Numbered from the whole stretch's first letter, positions 22,861-35,473 are shown. The stretch: DNA of 60,992 nucleotides, filler included, from Malassezia furfur (GCA_052055015.1; 4 parts of 4 records of this genome joined end to end with filler, not necessarily neighbours in it), one strand, 5' to 3'. Numbers and translations are program-made. Notes: a model not told the origin generated them from the sequence alone.

Positions 22861-24528
22861 ATGGCGGACACGCGCGCGCCGCGCGCGTCGAACAAGGACG
22901 AATACGATGTGCTGATTGTGGGAGCGGGTGTCGTTGGTGCATCGCTCGCTGCGGGGCTTGGTCGCGCGGGCCGCCGTGTGCTTGTCCTCGAGCGCGACCT
23001 CGAGGAGCCGGACCGTATCGTCGGCGAGCTGCTGCAACCCGGCGGCGTGCGCGCGCTGCAGTTGCTGGGCCTCGAGAGCGCGCTGCAGGGGATTGATGCA
23101 GTACCCGTGGAGGGCTACGCTATCTTCATGGGCCAGGAGGAGTCGGTGCAGATCGAATACCCCGCGCTGCCCGAACTGCCTTCGCGCTACGGCCGCAGTG
23201 AGCCGCTCGGCCCGAATTTGCACTACGAAGGGCGCAGCTTCCACTACGGGCGCTTCATTATGGGGCTCCGTAAGCTCGCATTGGACACGCCCAATGTCGT
23301 GCTCCGCCAAGCGACCGTGCAGGAGCTCATCCATGCGGACCATGGCGGCGTGGTCGGCGCCCGCGCAGGGGGCGAAGCGTTTCACGCGAAAGTGACGGTG
23401 GTGGCTGACGGGTGCTTCTCCAAGTTCCGGAAGACATACGGTGGCTCGTATAAGCCTGTGGTGCGTTCGCACTTTGTCGGCCTCGAGCTGCCACCGGACG
23501 TCGCTGTGGCCAAACACCACGGCCATGTCATCCTCAACAAAAACACGGGCAAGGATGGCAAGCGGCCGGTGGGCCCCGTGCTCGTGTACCAGATCGGCTC
23601 GGATGCAACGCGCATCCTGGTCGACGTGCCGGGCCCGACGCTGCCGTCGCTCCAGTCCGGCGAGCTGCACAAGTACCTCGAAATGGACATTGCGCCGCAG
23701 CTCCCGGGCGATATTGGCAAGGCCCTTGTCGCCGAGCTTGGTAAGGGCACGCGGCCACGCAGTATGCCGAACAACTTCCTCCCGCCCAATGTCCAAGGTC
23801 AGTCGCCGCACCAGCGGGGACTGATCGTGGTGGGCGATGCGATGAACATGCGGCATCCGCTCACCGGCGGCGGCATGACAGTCGCGCTGTGGGATGTGGC
23901 ATTCCTGACACACATCCTCGGTACCGGGACATGGTCTCCGCTCGCCAACTACCCCTCTGGGTTCCCTGTGCCGCCTGCGGCCCGCAACTTGGACGACTGG
24001 GCCGCCATCAAGCCGGTGCTGCGTACGTGGCACTGGCAGCGCAAAAAGCTCGCGAGTGTGGTGAATGTGCTCGCACAGGCGCTGTACAGCCTGTTTGGTG
24101 TGCCGGATGACAACCTGACGGTGCTGCGCCTCGGGTGCTTCCGGTACTTCGAGCGCGGCGGCGACTGTGTCCGGAGCCCGGTGAGTCTGCTGGCAGGCCT
24201 GGCGCCAGATCCTTTGCTGCTGGTGTACCACTTCTTCGCGGTGGCGGTGTACAGCGTGCAGCTCCTCTTCGAGGGCCGGCTGCAGTCGGGCCGTAAGGGC
24301 ACGCCTGCTACGCCGCCCATCACGGCGTACCCGTATTTGTTCTGGCGCTCGCTCGTGGTGCTCTTCTACGCGTGCGTGGTGATTTTCCCCGTGCTGTTCA
24401 CCGAAATTCAGCTCAACATTGCCGCTGCGGCGCAGCACACGTCGTACCGCAGATACGCCCTGTACGCCGGCGCGCTCGGCATCGCGCTCGCGTGCATGGT
24501 CTTCCCCTCGCTCCGTAGTACGGCGTAG
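22861..24528 (+). CDS. ERG1: Squalene epoxidase
   Basis: IVGAGVVG, EPDRIVGELLQPGG, GDAMNMRHPLTGGGMTVA, NVLAQALYSLF, C-terminal TMs. Confidence 0.97.
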   Translation: MADTRAPRASNKDEYDVLIVGAGVVGASLAAGLGRAGRRVLVLERDLEEPDRIVGELLQPGGVRALQLLGLESALQGIDAVPVEGYAIFMGQEESVQIEYPALPELPSRYGRSEPLGPNLHYEGRSFHYGRFIMGLRKLALDTPNVVLRQATVQELIHADHGGVVGARAGGEAFHAKVTVVADGCFSKFRKTYGGSYKPVVRSHFVGLELPPDVAVAKHHGHVILNKNTGKDGKRPVGPVLVYQIGSDATRILVDVPGPTLPSLQSGELHKYLEMDIAPQLPGDIGKALVAELGKGTRPRSMPNNFLPPNVQGQSPHQRGLIVVGDAMNMRHPLTGGGMTVALWDVAFLTHILGTGTWSPLANYPSGFPVPPAARNLDDWAAIKPVLRTWHWQRKKLASVVNVLAQALYSLFGVPDDNLTVLRLGCFRYFERGGDCVRSPVSLLAGLAPDPLLLVYHFFAVAVYSVQLLFEGRLQSGRKGTPATPPITAYPYLFWRSLVVLFYACVVIFPVLFTEIQLNIAAAAQHTSYRRYALYAGALGIALACMVFPSLRSTA

Positions 24529-24622
24529 CCCCCCTTGGATACCCTTCACCCCTCTGCACGTGACCTGGCCCCGAAGCGCCGCGACGGGCGCGATCGATCT
24601 GTCCTGAACCACACGGTCAATC

Positions 24623-24873
24623 ATGGCGTTCCTCGGCTTCCGTGCTTACCCTACCCCTATCCTGAAGCCCCTGTGGCCGTTCTTTGCCTCGTCGGCTATC
24701 GTTTACGTCCTGCTTGCCAAGATCCAGTACGCCGGTGTGCGCTCGCCTGAGTTCGCCAAGGACCCGAAGAACCCGTACGGTACGTGGGCTGATCCCGGAA
24801 AGAACGAATACTGACACTGGGGCCAACGGCCACTCAATGTACAGCCAAGCAGATTGCGAAGGAGCACCACTAA
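24623..24873 (+). CDS. ATP18: Mitochondrial ATP synthase subunit j (i/j), 2 exons
   Basis: YPTPILKPLWPFF..DPKNPY. 65-nt intron 24780-24844 gives ..AKQIAKEHH*. Confidence 0.93.
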
Positions 24874-25476
24874 ACGGCGGTAATGGTCCCTTTACCGCAC
24901 GCTCCTCCGTAGACGCTCAATGGAACTACGGAAAACTTCTCCATGGACGAAGCACATGCGTGCGAAGGCGCGACCCAACAATGATTCCCTGTCTTTGCGT
25001 TTGTCTACGAGTCCTGTACGCCCGCGGGTGCCCGGTGTGGCACACAGCAGCGTCCGTCGTCAGAAGAAGACGCTGCTTGGTTGGGTGGGAGACGTTCCGA
25101 CCCGCGCACAGAGGGCCCATTGTTGTGGGCGTGTCCGGCAAAGGCGTTCTATCGCGCACCCACTATGCCATAGTCATGACTGGAGGCGCTCTACGGCATG
25201 CAGCGTCGCGCGGCCTAATACGCAGGTGCACTCGCGCGCACCAGGGCGTCGCGCCCGCCCGTCTGTATCACCGTTGCCGAGCTCTTCCGTATCACGTGAC
25301 CTCCGGTCCGCCGTGAACCGAAGGCACCGTGCGAGCCCCGCAGGCGTGGAAAGATTTTGAGCGCAGCGAATCGCATGCGAGAATTTACCCCATGAAGCAG
25401 CCGGAGGGGTGAGATACGTGTGCGGAGCCGGAGGTTTCTTACCAACTATCGTCACGTCTTCGGAGCACCATCCACG

Positions 25477-27609
25477 ATGAGCACATTCAATTTGGAAGCT
25501 GCCGAGGCACAGTGGGCTGCGCATCTGGATAAACAGATGGTGGCCGTTCCGGGAAGCAAGGAGGAGGGTTTCTCGGAGATTTACAAGAATGCTGCCTTCC
25601 CCGAAGTGAGCGCAGACACTACCGCGTACGACCTGTTCCTCAAGGGCTACAACATGGACCCGAACGCCAACTGTCTTGGTCACCGCCCCTGGGACGAGGC
25701 CAAGGGTGACCTGGCTGACCACTTCTCCTGGCGCACGTACGCAGACACAGAGACGGAGCGCACCGCGCTCGGCTCGGCGATGAGTGCATGGGTGGAGCAG
25801 GGCCTGTTGGCGTCGCGCCCCGACGAGAAAGGCCAGGTGGACGAGCCTGGCATGGTCGACTTCTCGGTGGCCTACTGGGGCGCGAACCGCCCCGAGGCAA
25901 CCGTGGTGGCCCTGGCGTTAAACGCCTACTCGCGCTGTTCCGTGTCGCTGTACGACAACTACGACGCGGCCGTGTCGTGCTACATTTTGCAGCACAGCAA
26001 GTCGCGTGTGCTGTTCACCACCTCGTCGTACATCCCTATTGTGCTGCGCAGCGCCGAAAAGCTCCCTTACCTCAAGGTACTTGTCATCCTGGATCGCCCC
26101 GGCCCGTCGGCATCGGCGCACGGCGAGATTGAGAAGGAGCAGCTCGCGCGCGAGTGGGCGGCGCTGCATGGCATCCACGTGTTCAGCTACAAGGACGTGG
26201 TCAACCAGGGTCTTGCGACCCCGCGCCCCCACATTGTGTCCAAGGACCCCAACCACGTCGACGCGCTATGCTACACCTCGGGCACCACTGGCCTGCCCAA
26301 AGCATCGCGCATCACCTCGGGCAACTGTGGTCTGGGTATCGAGGGCCTGCACTACGTGGTGCTTAAGGAGAAGATGGTCGCCATCTCGTACTTGCCCTTG
26401 GCGCACATTCTCGAGCGCGGCTGGGAGCTGTATGTGCTGCGTGTGGGTGGTTCGATCGGGTACTACTCGGGCAAGGTGGAGCGCCTGCTGGAGGACCTGC
26501 AGATCCTCAAGCCAACCGCGATGCCCAGCGTGCCGCGTGTATTGAACCGCATTGCGGGCCAGATCGAGGCGCAGCTCGAGGCGCCCGGCCTCAAGGGCTT
26601 CTTGCTGCGCCGCGCTGTCAATGCCAAGATCAAGAACTACGACGAGACGGGTGCGATTACGCACCCCTTCTGGGACCGCCTCGTGTTCCGCAAGGTGCGC
26701 GCGCTGCTGGGTGGCCGGATCAACTTTATGTTCACCGGCAGTGCGCCGTGTCGTCCCGATGTGCTCCGCCTTCTCCGTGTCGCGCTGTGCGTGGATGTGC
26801 GTGAGGGCTACGGCCAGACGGAGAACTGTGCGTATGCGACGTTTATGGCGCCACACGACCGCCATCTCGGCAGCGTCGGCCCGGTGAACCCGGGTATCGA
26901 GATGCGTCTGCGCGACTGCCCTGACCTGGGCTACACGACGAGCGACAAGCCATACCCCCGGGGTGAGATCATGTTCCGCGGCCAGACGGTGTTCACCGGC
27001 TACGACGGCGACGAGAAGAAGACCGCTGAGACGCTTATGGAGGGCAAGGACGGTCGCGGGCCCTGGCTGCTCACGGGTGATGTCGGTCAGATCGATCAGT
27101 ATGGCCGCTTGCAGATCGTGGATCGTGTCAAGAACCTGATCAAGCTGGCGCAGGGTGAGTACATTGCAATCGAGCGTGTCGAGGGCCTGTTTGCGTCGCT
27201 GCCTCTCGCGCAGCAGCTGTGGCTGTACGGCGACTCGTACCAGCCGCACCTGGTGGGTGTGTGTGTGCCCGAGCCGGAGCCGTTTGCGGAGTTTGCGTCG
27301 CGCATCCTGAAGCGCTCCGTCAGTGCGACGGACCAGAAGGCGCTCGAAGAGGCTGCCGCGGACCCGGCAGTGACTGAGGCGTTCCTGCGCGAGTTCATCA
27401 AGCTCGGCAAGCGCCAAAAGGTCGGCACGCTCGAGCAGATCCGCGCGCTGAAGCTGCGGATGGAGCCCTTCTCGCCCGAGAACGGGCTGATGACCCCCAC
27501 GCTCAAGGTCAAGCGCCAGGAAGCCGCCAAGCAGCTCAAAAAGGACTTGGACGAGCTGTACTCGCATCCGCCCTACGACCTCAGCAAAGTGAACGACGCC
27601 AAGCTCTAA
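25477..27609 (+). CDS. Long-chain fatty acyl-CoA synthetase (Faa2/ACSL-like), possible PTS1
   Basis: YTSGTTGLPK, SYLPLAHILER, EGYGQTE, TGDVG, DRVKNLIKLAQGEY. Ends -AKL. Confidence 0.95.
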   Translation: MSTFNLEAAEAQWAAHLDKQMVAVPGSKEEGFSEIYKNAAFPEVSADTTAYDLFLKGYNMDPNANCLGHRPWDEAKGDLADHFSWRTYADTETERTALGSAMSAWVEQGLLASRPDEKGQVDEPGMVDFSVAYWGANRPEATVVALALNAYSRCSVSLYDNYDAAVSCYILQHSKSRVLFTTSSYIPIVLRSAEKLPYLKVLVILDRPGPSASAHGEIEKEQLAREWAALHGIHVFSYKDVVNQGLATPRPHIVSKDPNHVDALCYTSGTTGLPKASRITSGNCGLGIEGLHYVVLKEKMVAISYLPLAHILERGWELYVLRVGGSIGYYSGKVERLLEDLQILKPTAMPSVPRVLNRIAGQIEAQLEAPGLKGFLLRRAVNAKIKNYDETGAITHPFWDRLVFRKVRALLGGRINFMFTGSAPCRPDVLRLLRVALCVDVREGYGQTENCAYATFMAPHDRHLGSVGPVNPGIEMRLRDCPDLGYTTSDKPYPRGEIMFRGQTVFTGYDGDEKKTAETLMEGKDGRGPWLLTGDVGQIDQYGRLQIVDRVKNLIKLAQGEYIAIERVEGLFASLPLAQQLWLYGDSYQPHLVGVCVPEPEPFAEFASRILKRSVSATDQKALEEAAADPAVTEAFLREFIKLGKRQKVGTLEQIRALKLRMEPFSPENGLMTPTLKVKRQEAAKQLKKDLDELYSHPPYDLSKVNDAKL

Positions 27610-27638
27610 GTAGATGCTTTTTTCCCCTTGCATATATG

Positions 27639-30600
27639 CTACACAATGATCTGTTTCGAAAAGAGGTCGGCGATCACGCCAAACCCGTCGTCCGCCTCCT
27701 GCACCTCGTGCCGCACCAGGTCGTCGTCGCCCACCAGCGCCAGGCTCTGTTGCAGGTCACGCAGCGTGTCGTGCGCACGCGCACACAGCGGACACTCGCG
27801 CGCGTCGTCGCCGTCAGGTAGACACTGGCGATGGAAGCTGTGCTTGCACATGAAGTGCACGCTCGGCAGCGACAGCGGGCCGTGGCACACGCCGCACTCG
27901 TGGTTCTGGAAAACGACGGGGGTGTCGTCGGTGGCGAGCTCGGCGAGCGCGGCCTCCTTGGCAAGGATCTCCTTTTCGTAGGAGTGGATGAGCTTGTGCA
28001 TCCCGTCGAGCTCCGCGTCGTCCTGGCGCGCGTGGCGTTCCAGGTAGGACGCAATCTCGCCCAGCTCCACGACGCCCGACGCTGAGACGCGCTGCACCAC
28101 CTCGAGCGGGCTCAGTAGACCCCGCGCGTCGATCTCATCCAGCACGCGCGCAAAGTCGGCACGGTGCGCGTGCAGCACCGATGCGGACGACGCGAGGAAC
28201 TGCAGCACGCGCACGTACACGTGTGGATGCGACGCGCCAAACGTGTCGAGCGCCGCGATGAGCGCCGCAGGGGCGTCGGCGTCGCCTTGCTCGCTCGCGC
28301 GTACCCAATGCTCGACCACGGCGTCGACCATGCCGAGCCGCTCGTACAAAAAGAGCAGGCCGGGCGTGCACTGTTCCGTGGTGCACAGCATCAGCGCATG
28401 CTCGACCGTGTATGGATAGCGCGCGGGGTGATACAGGAGGTAGAGCGCCTTGGTCGGGGCGTGCGCCGAGGTGAGATAGAGTTCCAGCAGCGTATCGTAC
28501 ACGAGCTGCTCGTCCGGCTCGGCGGGCGGCGCGTCGGCGGGTGCCGGCTCCGGCGTGCCGGGTGTGTCGGCAATCGCCTTGCCCCAGCGCCGCGCGGCGA
28601 GCTGCTCGCAAAAGTGGGTGAGCATCGCCTCGTGGCCCACAAAGTGCGAGAAAAGCGGCGCGGGCGTCGGCACCTCCGACGTGCCTTCCTGCGCGATGGG
28701 GCGCGTGTACAGTGTCAAGAGCATCGCCGTGGCCGCCTCGGGCAGCGCGTCAAGCAGCACATGGGCGTACTGTCGCGCGTACAGCTCCGCGAGCGACGGC
28801 GGGAGCTGCGCCAGGTATTCAATCGCCTCGTGTGCGTTCTGCTCATCGCGCAGCTGGATCTCGAGGTACTCGTCGTGGTATTCGTACGTCTTGGCGAGGT
28901 ACGCCGCCTGCGCCAGGCACCCGCCGCGCCGGCACACGGCAATGGCGACACGCACATCGAACGGCAGCGCATCGCGCGCGGGTGCACCCGCCCCGTCGGG
29001 CGCGGGGGTCGCATCCGCGTCGGCATTGGCGCGCGTACTTGGCGCGCGGAGGAAGGCGTCCAGCGCCGCGGTGTCGCGTAGCTTCGTGAAGCAGTTCAGC
29101 AGGAGCGTCGTGTGGTCGGCGTTCGCCAGGCCGCGCGCGTGCAGCGCCTGCAGGTAGCCGGTGAGGAACTGCAGTCGTTGTGCGTCGAGAAACTTGCGGA
29201 TCACGTAGCTGGGCGATACGACACCAATTGTCTTGACGAATTGCAACATGGCGCCCTCGAAGTCGCCCTTGGCGTACAGATGATCGCCGTACCGCCGGAA
29301 GACGTCGGCGACAAGCAGATCGACGGGCGCAATCACGCGGCGGTCCTGCGGCCGCGGAGGGATGATCATGGCGCTCGGGGTCAGGCCGGGCAGGCGCGCG
29401 TGCGGGAAGCGCAGCGCTCGCGCACGTACAAACTGTACTGCCAGCAGGTAGAGGTGCGCACGAAAGAGGTGCTCGAGCTTGTCCTTGAGCGACATCTCTT
29501 CCAGGCGGAAGAGCTGGGCACGCTCGGCCAGCACACACACAAATGCTGCAGGCTCCTGGCCCGACACGGGCGCCTCGGTATTGCTCGTCCAGAGCGACGC
29601 GACGCCGGCGTGCACAGCGCCCGTGTACGTCACACACTTGGTATCCAAATCAAAGATGGTCAGCCGCTTGGGTGCGCCCGACGTGCCGCGCGCACTGTCC
29701 AGCACCGCGGGGCGATCCACTCGCATGTCGTGCTTGGTCGGCTGCGAGAGGACCACCAGCTGGCCGTGGAGCGGCAGCAAACGCAGCTTGGGGCCCTCGA
29801 GCGCAATGGATGCCTCGCGGCCCCCGGCACCGACCACGTACAGTGCCTCCTCCCGTGCCAGCACGAGCTTGTGCGAAAGGACAGGTGCCGCGGCACCTGG
29901 ATTCGGGCCGCCTGCCCCGTCGCCCGCGTCGTTGGTTGCGTCGAGCGCCCCATCTGCCACGGCGCGAAACTTGGTCACACAGTGGGGCGCACACCCGTTC
30001 ATATCGATCACTGTCGGCGCGTTGCCGGCACCAGGGCCAAGCACTGTGTAGCGCAAAACCTTGGACACGGTCGCAATCAGTAGGTGCACATGGCCACCCG
30101 CCTCGGCAAACGCCAGGCCGGACACGGTATCGGGCATCTCGTCGTGGTCGGGCTCGTCGACGTTGGCCGCATTGCGCGCGACTTTGACGCGTAGCTGCCC
30201 GCCATCGGCGACCACCGTGGCGACGTCGCGCATCAGCAGCACCTTGCCGTCCTCGAAGCCCGCCGCGACGAACGACAGGCGCGCATCAACTTCCAGGCGA
30301 CACACACGGCTGAGGTGTGCGCCGTGCTGCAGCCGCGCCTGTGCCAACGCACTCGGCACAAACGACTGCTCGTCGACGGGCGCGATGCGCCAGACACGCA
30401 GCTGCGGCGGCTGGTCGCGTCCGTCTCGTCCGACCGTCACGAGCGTCGGGCCGTCGGCCGCGACGGCGAGCGCCTGCACATCGTGCTCGTGTGCACGCCA
30501 GGTCATGCGCTCCGTATGTGTGTAGGCGTCCCGCACACGCATCTCGCCGGACTCCAGGCCGACGACGAGCGCGCCGCGAGGACCCGCCCAGCCCTCGGCA

Positions 30601-30745
30601 TCGGGCACAACGTACACGACGTCGATGATGCCAGACGTCGGCACAGACGGCGGCAGCGGCGCATGCTCAGCATCTGCAGTTGGCCGTGCGTGGAAGAAGC
30701 TGAAGCTACGCCACGACGGCAGCACCGTGTCGGCGTGCTTCGCCG
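27639..30745 (-). CDS. VPS11: HOPS/CORVET subunit Vps11 (start at or just beyond contig edge)
   Basis: WRSFSFF, YGDHLYAKGDF, PSYVIRKFLDAQR, HTTLLLNCFTKL, C-terminal RING (C..C..LSLPSVHFMCKHSFH..C..CPLC). Confidence 0.95.
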
Positions 30746-30845
30746 NNNNNNNNNNNNNNNNNNNNNNNNNNNNNNNNNNNNNNNNNNNNTTAATTAATTA
30801 ANNNNNNNNNNNNNNNNNNNNNNNNNNNNNNNNNNNNNNNNNNNN
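30746..30845. other. Artificial contig linker
   Basis: N44 + TTAATTAATTAA + N44. Confidence 0.98.
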
Positions 30846-33690
30846 CGTCGGTGATCTTCTCCATCGGCTCGATGTCGTACACGGGGATGAGCTTCGCAAA
30901 GGTGTCAAAGAACTCGAGACCCGCCTCCTTGAATGCACGCTGTGTCAGCATCAGCCGCTTGATGCGCGCCAGCGTCTCGTGGGGGTTGTCGAACGCCTGC
31001 TCGATCAGCGCCAGCTCTTCGCGCTGCGTCTGGTTCAGCCGGCCCTGCACGCTGTACGACTCCTTGAGCTTTTCAAGGGCCAGCACCAACAGCTTCGTGT
31101 CGTGCTTGAAGTTGAGCGACGGGAAGGGGATCGGCTGGAACTTGCGGCTCTCGAGCCAGTGCACCGTCGAGGTGTAGATCGCCACCGCCGCCTCGCTCGT
31201 GATGTACGGCCCATCCTTCAGGTAGGCGTTCTGCCGCTCCTGCTCGGCCTTGAGGTAGAGCCGCGTGAGCCGGCCGAGGTTCTTGCGGCTGACCGTCTTG
31301 TCGACCGTGGCGCCGCGGCGGATGCGCTCGCGGTTGTAGTGCGCCACCGACGTCCACCAGTCCGCCTTGGATTTGACGTAGCGCAGGATGACGTTCTCGA
31401 TCGCGGTCGGCATGCCCGGCACCTTCCACGGGACATTGGCCTTCCAGCAGCGCCACGCCTCGGTGAGGTGCTGCAGGATCGTCTTGCTCTTGTTCTGCTT
31501 GATGCCCTCTGGCATCATGTCCAGCAGGTCGTGCATCACCGCCGCACGCAGCTCGAGGTCAAAGTGCGACTCGACGCGCTGCTTCGTGACCGACTTGCCG
31601 CCCGTGCGCCCGTTGCGGCCCTCAAACTGGCGCGCCAGCAGGTTGCCGAGCCAGCGCTCCAGCAGCGGCGTGATGCCACGCATGAAGAAGATCCACACGC
31701 GCCACGACGGGCCCCAGAAGCCCACACCGGGGCCCTTGCCGACGGGGCCCGAGTTGAAGCGGTAGTAGATGACATGCTTCAGGTCCTTGCACGCACGGAT
31801 CTGGTGCATCACCTTGTACTTGTACCGGTACATGCCCGTGAGCTGCCCGACGTGGTTGAACAGGTACTGCAAGCCGTCCGCCAGCTGGAAGGCGTCCACG
31901 TTGCCCAGGCGGAACTGGACGTGCGAGTCGACCACAAGCTTGGTCATGCGCGCCAACTCGCGCACGAGGTGGAACGCATTGCCGAAACGCGACTTCTTGC
32001 GCTCCTTGGTGGTGAGCGTCTTGACCGGCTTGAGGTTCATGTTGTAGTCCAGGTGCAGGTAGGTGAGCGCCTTGCGGTGGATCAGCAGGTTGAGCATGTT
32101 GAAGCTCTGCCGCACCACCTGCAGGCCCGCCTCGAGCCAGTCGAGGTGCGTCGTCTGGAAGAACTTGGTCGCCTTCAGCTGGCGGAACAAATTCTTCTTG
32201 GTTTGTGGCTTGTACGGCTTGGTGTGCAGCGTGTTGTGCACAAACTTTTTCAGGAGCTTTTGGTAGCTCACGCGCACCTTGACCGGCTGGTTCGGCGGGC
32301 AGTGCTCCAGGTACCACGACTTGATCAGCGGCACATCGACGCGCCGCCGCGTGTAGCCACTGCGTCGGTTGTACGGCGGCGGCGCCCACCACAGCGCCAG
32401 CGCATCGGCGGTCCACGTCGTCTCCAGCGGCGCGTCGTCCAGGAACGGCTCGACACCTTCGGGCAGCACAAACGCCTCGTTCGGCGGCAGCGCCGCATCG
32501 CCCTCGACACCCTCACCAAACACAGCGTCCTCGTGGGACAGCACCGGCTCGCCGTCGTCGTAGTGCCCGCGGAAATGCGACGCACTCGACAACGCACGGC
32601 TCGAGATCGGGTTCAGCGACGGATCAAAGTAGAACGCGGGCAGATCGGGGTCGTCGGTGCGCACATACACGTTCTTTGGCTCGTGGTAGGTGCCAAGGTA
32701 CACCGAGCGCGGGCGGCTGTTGTACAGGTGGGGGAACGCCACGCGGTACTCAGTGCGGATCTGCTGCCGAATGATCACCTTGCGGATATCGTTGAACTCG
32801 TTCCAATCGTCGTCGTAGCCTTCCATATCCTTGTACAGCGGCTCAAACTTGGGACCACCGGGGATCGCCACGTTCAAGGCCTTGGCCGTCGCGAACGACT
32901 TGAGATCGAACAGGTAGAAGTAGTTGCGGTCGCCCGACACAAAGTCGCTCTGCAGCGTGCGCCCAAGACGGTACAGCACCGCCATCTTCGGCAAATCCAA
33001 GTGCCAGAAGCGGTACGAGGGGCCGTTGATGCACGCGCGGTCTTTGCCCAGAGGCTTCTCGTCGTAGAACCAGTCGAGGACCGGCGCGTCCTCCTCCTCG
33101 TCCAGCTCAAGCTGGATCGGCTCAAGCGGCTCGACATCGAGGATGTTGTCGCCATAGTCGATCGGCGGCTCCTCGTCATCAAACGGCGGGAAGCGCATGC
33201 GCTTAAAGTGGCGCCGATCGCGCTTCTCACGCCGCATCGCCAGCCACATGGTCGCCCATTGCGCATGGTACACGGGCTCGATCACGCGCGGCGTCTCGTT
33301 CACAAACGTGATCGCGCCCGTGATGTGGTAGAGCACCGGCACCTCACGCACCTGCTCCCAGGGCATGGGGATGTTTTCCAGCAGCTTGAGCATCGCATGC
33401 GGCACGTACTTGAGCGCACCCAAGTGCACACGCTTCTCTGCGCGGAACTTGCGGTTGCTCATGTCGCCATGGTCTTTGATGATCTTACGCACATGCTCCG
33501 GCGGGAGCTCCTGCTTGCCGGTGTCGACAAACGCCGTCTTGCCGCGGCGGTCGCCGTACTTGCGGCTCTGGCTTTGCGTCCATTTCCGCGATTTGGACGC
33601 GAGCTGCTCGTGCGACAGCACGCCAGGCTCCCCAGCTAGGCCACCAAAGCCCGGTGGAGCACCTCCGTACCCAGGAGGCGGTCCAACCAT
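30846..33690 (-). CDS. PRP8: Spliceosomal U5 protein Prp8, N-terminal ~950 aa (3' lost at contig break)
   Basis: [59 protein letters not shown]. Confidence 0.99.
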
Positions 33691-33814
33691 ACTGCTGACC
33701 CTAAGCCACGGATCCGACACCTACGCGGTCGTTGCGAGGTGGCGATGGCGAAAATCCACACGCGCCCCCACGGCGCAGCCTATCACGCGCGGGCGCTCGC
33801 TGACTAATTCCACC

Positions 33815-34061
33815 ATGGCGGGCAGCGACCCCGCCGTGTCGGACATGGAGGTGTCGGACGCGTCGGACCCGGGCACCCCGGAGGAGTTCATGGAGGCCAC
33901 CGTGTCTGACTTGCGCGCCTCGGCCATTCAAGAACCGACGATGGTGCGTGCATCACTTAACCCAGTTCCTCGACGAGGCCGTGCGCCAGCGCTACCTGAC
34001 CGAACTCGGCGACGTGTTCCTGCCCAGCCCGACGCCGAACCATGCTTTGCACCCGAACTAA
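33815..34061 (+). CDS. Small acidic protein of unknown function (74 aa), 2 exons
   Basis: CACCATGG start, 22-nt intron 33944-33965 (GTGCGT..TTAACCCAG), exon 2 FLDEAVRQRYLTELGDVFL..HPN*. Codon usage matches neighbours. Confidence 0.7.
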
Positions 34062-34079
34062 TGCATGACTATTCCATCC

Positions 34080-35362
34080 CTAGTCCATTTCGTCGTCCAT
34101 CAGCTCGTCCGCTTCGTTCGCATCCGGCACACCCGGCTTTGCGGCGATGGCCCCCGCGTTTTGCGGCTCCGCCGGCTGCGGCAGTTGCTTGATGACGACC
34201 GCCGGCTCACTCGATGCACCGCCCGGGGCGCCGGCACCGCCGCCCATGATGCCAGACAGCATACTCGAAAGCATGTCCATGTTGCGACGCGGCGGAGCCA
34301 TGCCGAAGTAGGTCGACGAAATCTGCGACAAGAACTGTGCACGTCAGTCTCCATACCGTCCCACCCACCTCGTAGAGGAACGACTCCACCTCGTTGCCGT
34401 TCTCTTGCATAAACTGCCGCACAAGCAAGTTCCACGCCGATTTGATCTCCTCAGCCGGCTGGCCCGTACGGCTGTGCGCGTCGCCTGCTAGGGCCACGAC
34501 GTTCTGCACAAAGTTGAGCGTCGGATTCGCCGTCGCGAAAATGGACGCGCTGAACGACGAAATGCCACGCGCGGGCGACTTGTATTCCTTCGGGTTCGGC
34601 TTCACCGGAAGCAAAAGCGCCTCGTTGTCCTTCGTCGCTTCCTGGACGAACTCATGTGCGAGCTGCGCCGCTGCGTCTGGCGCACGCGCCACCAACAGGG
34701 GGAAACAACCCCGCATCGCAAACGTGCCTGACAGCACGCGCCGCACCGAGTCAGCCGACGGCGCTTTGGGGTCGTTCTTGGCAATGCCGGCCGCATACGC
34801 GGCGTTCCAACGGTTCAGCATCGCAGCAAACGCAAGCACGCCCTCCGTGTCTTGAGCACAGGCCGCGATGAAGTGGCCCTCCGCCAAAAAGTACTGGTCG
34901 TCTTCGGTCAGGGACATGCACTCCAGACATACCTTTGGCTAGAAGCTCGGCAATAAACAGACGGAGTTTGGCATCTCCCGGCGTGTTGTGCAGCGCCGTC
35001 GAGGACCACTTGACCGCCGCCTGGATCACTTTCTTGCGCCAGAATTCGGCGTTCGTCTTGCTGAGAATCGTAGTAATACGACCTGTGCGTTAGTATAGCG
35101 GCTTACCTCGGCTCACATCATTCACAGGCGTTTTAGACAAGCCATACGCCTCCAGCAGATACACGGCCAGGTCACACCCGCTGCCTTGCTCGTTCATTTC
35201 GAGAAGACGAACACTGCCGTCATACAGCACATCAATGGCCTCGTTGTATTTTTCTTTTTTCAGTAGGCGAACAGTCTTGGTACGAAGCTTCTGGTGTAGC
35301 TCGTAGCCGCCATTACCCCCGCGCACAGAGCTAGGATCGATCGAACCAACTGTTTGCGCCAT
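34080..35362 (-). CDS. GET4: GET pathway protein Get4, 4 exons
   Basis: YELHQKLRT..YNEAIDVLYDG..QGSGCDL, AVKWS, GDAKL, AEGHF, ISSTYFG. Introns 35106-35083, 34932-34902, 34368-34335. Confidence 0.9.
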
Positions 35363-35473
35363 GACGAAAGTGGTGACTACGGGTCGAAGACGCGCGCCGT
35401 GCGTGATGACTAAACGATGTGGCCAGTGCGCACCACGCGGTATCGGGCACGACGTTGGGGTGAAAGAGTTCCT

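Noticed and set aside
24058..24240. Terbinafine-resistance substitutions in ERG1
   Set aside because: The NVLAQALYSLF, CFRYF and YHFF segments retain the usual sensitive-type Leu, Phe and His residues.
30846..33690. Possible PRP8 intein
   Set aside because: No intein-like insert in the visible portion. The known fungal insertion site lies in the missing 3' part.
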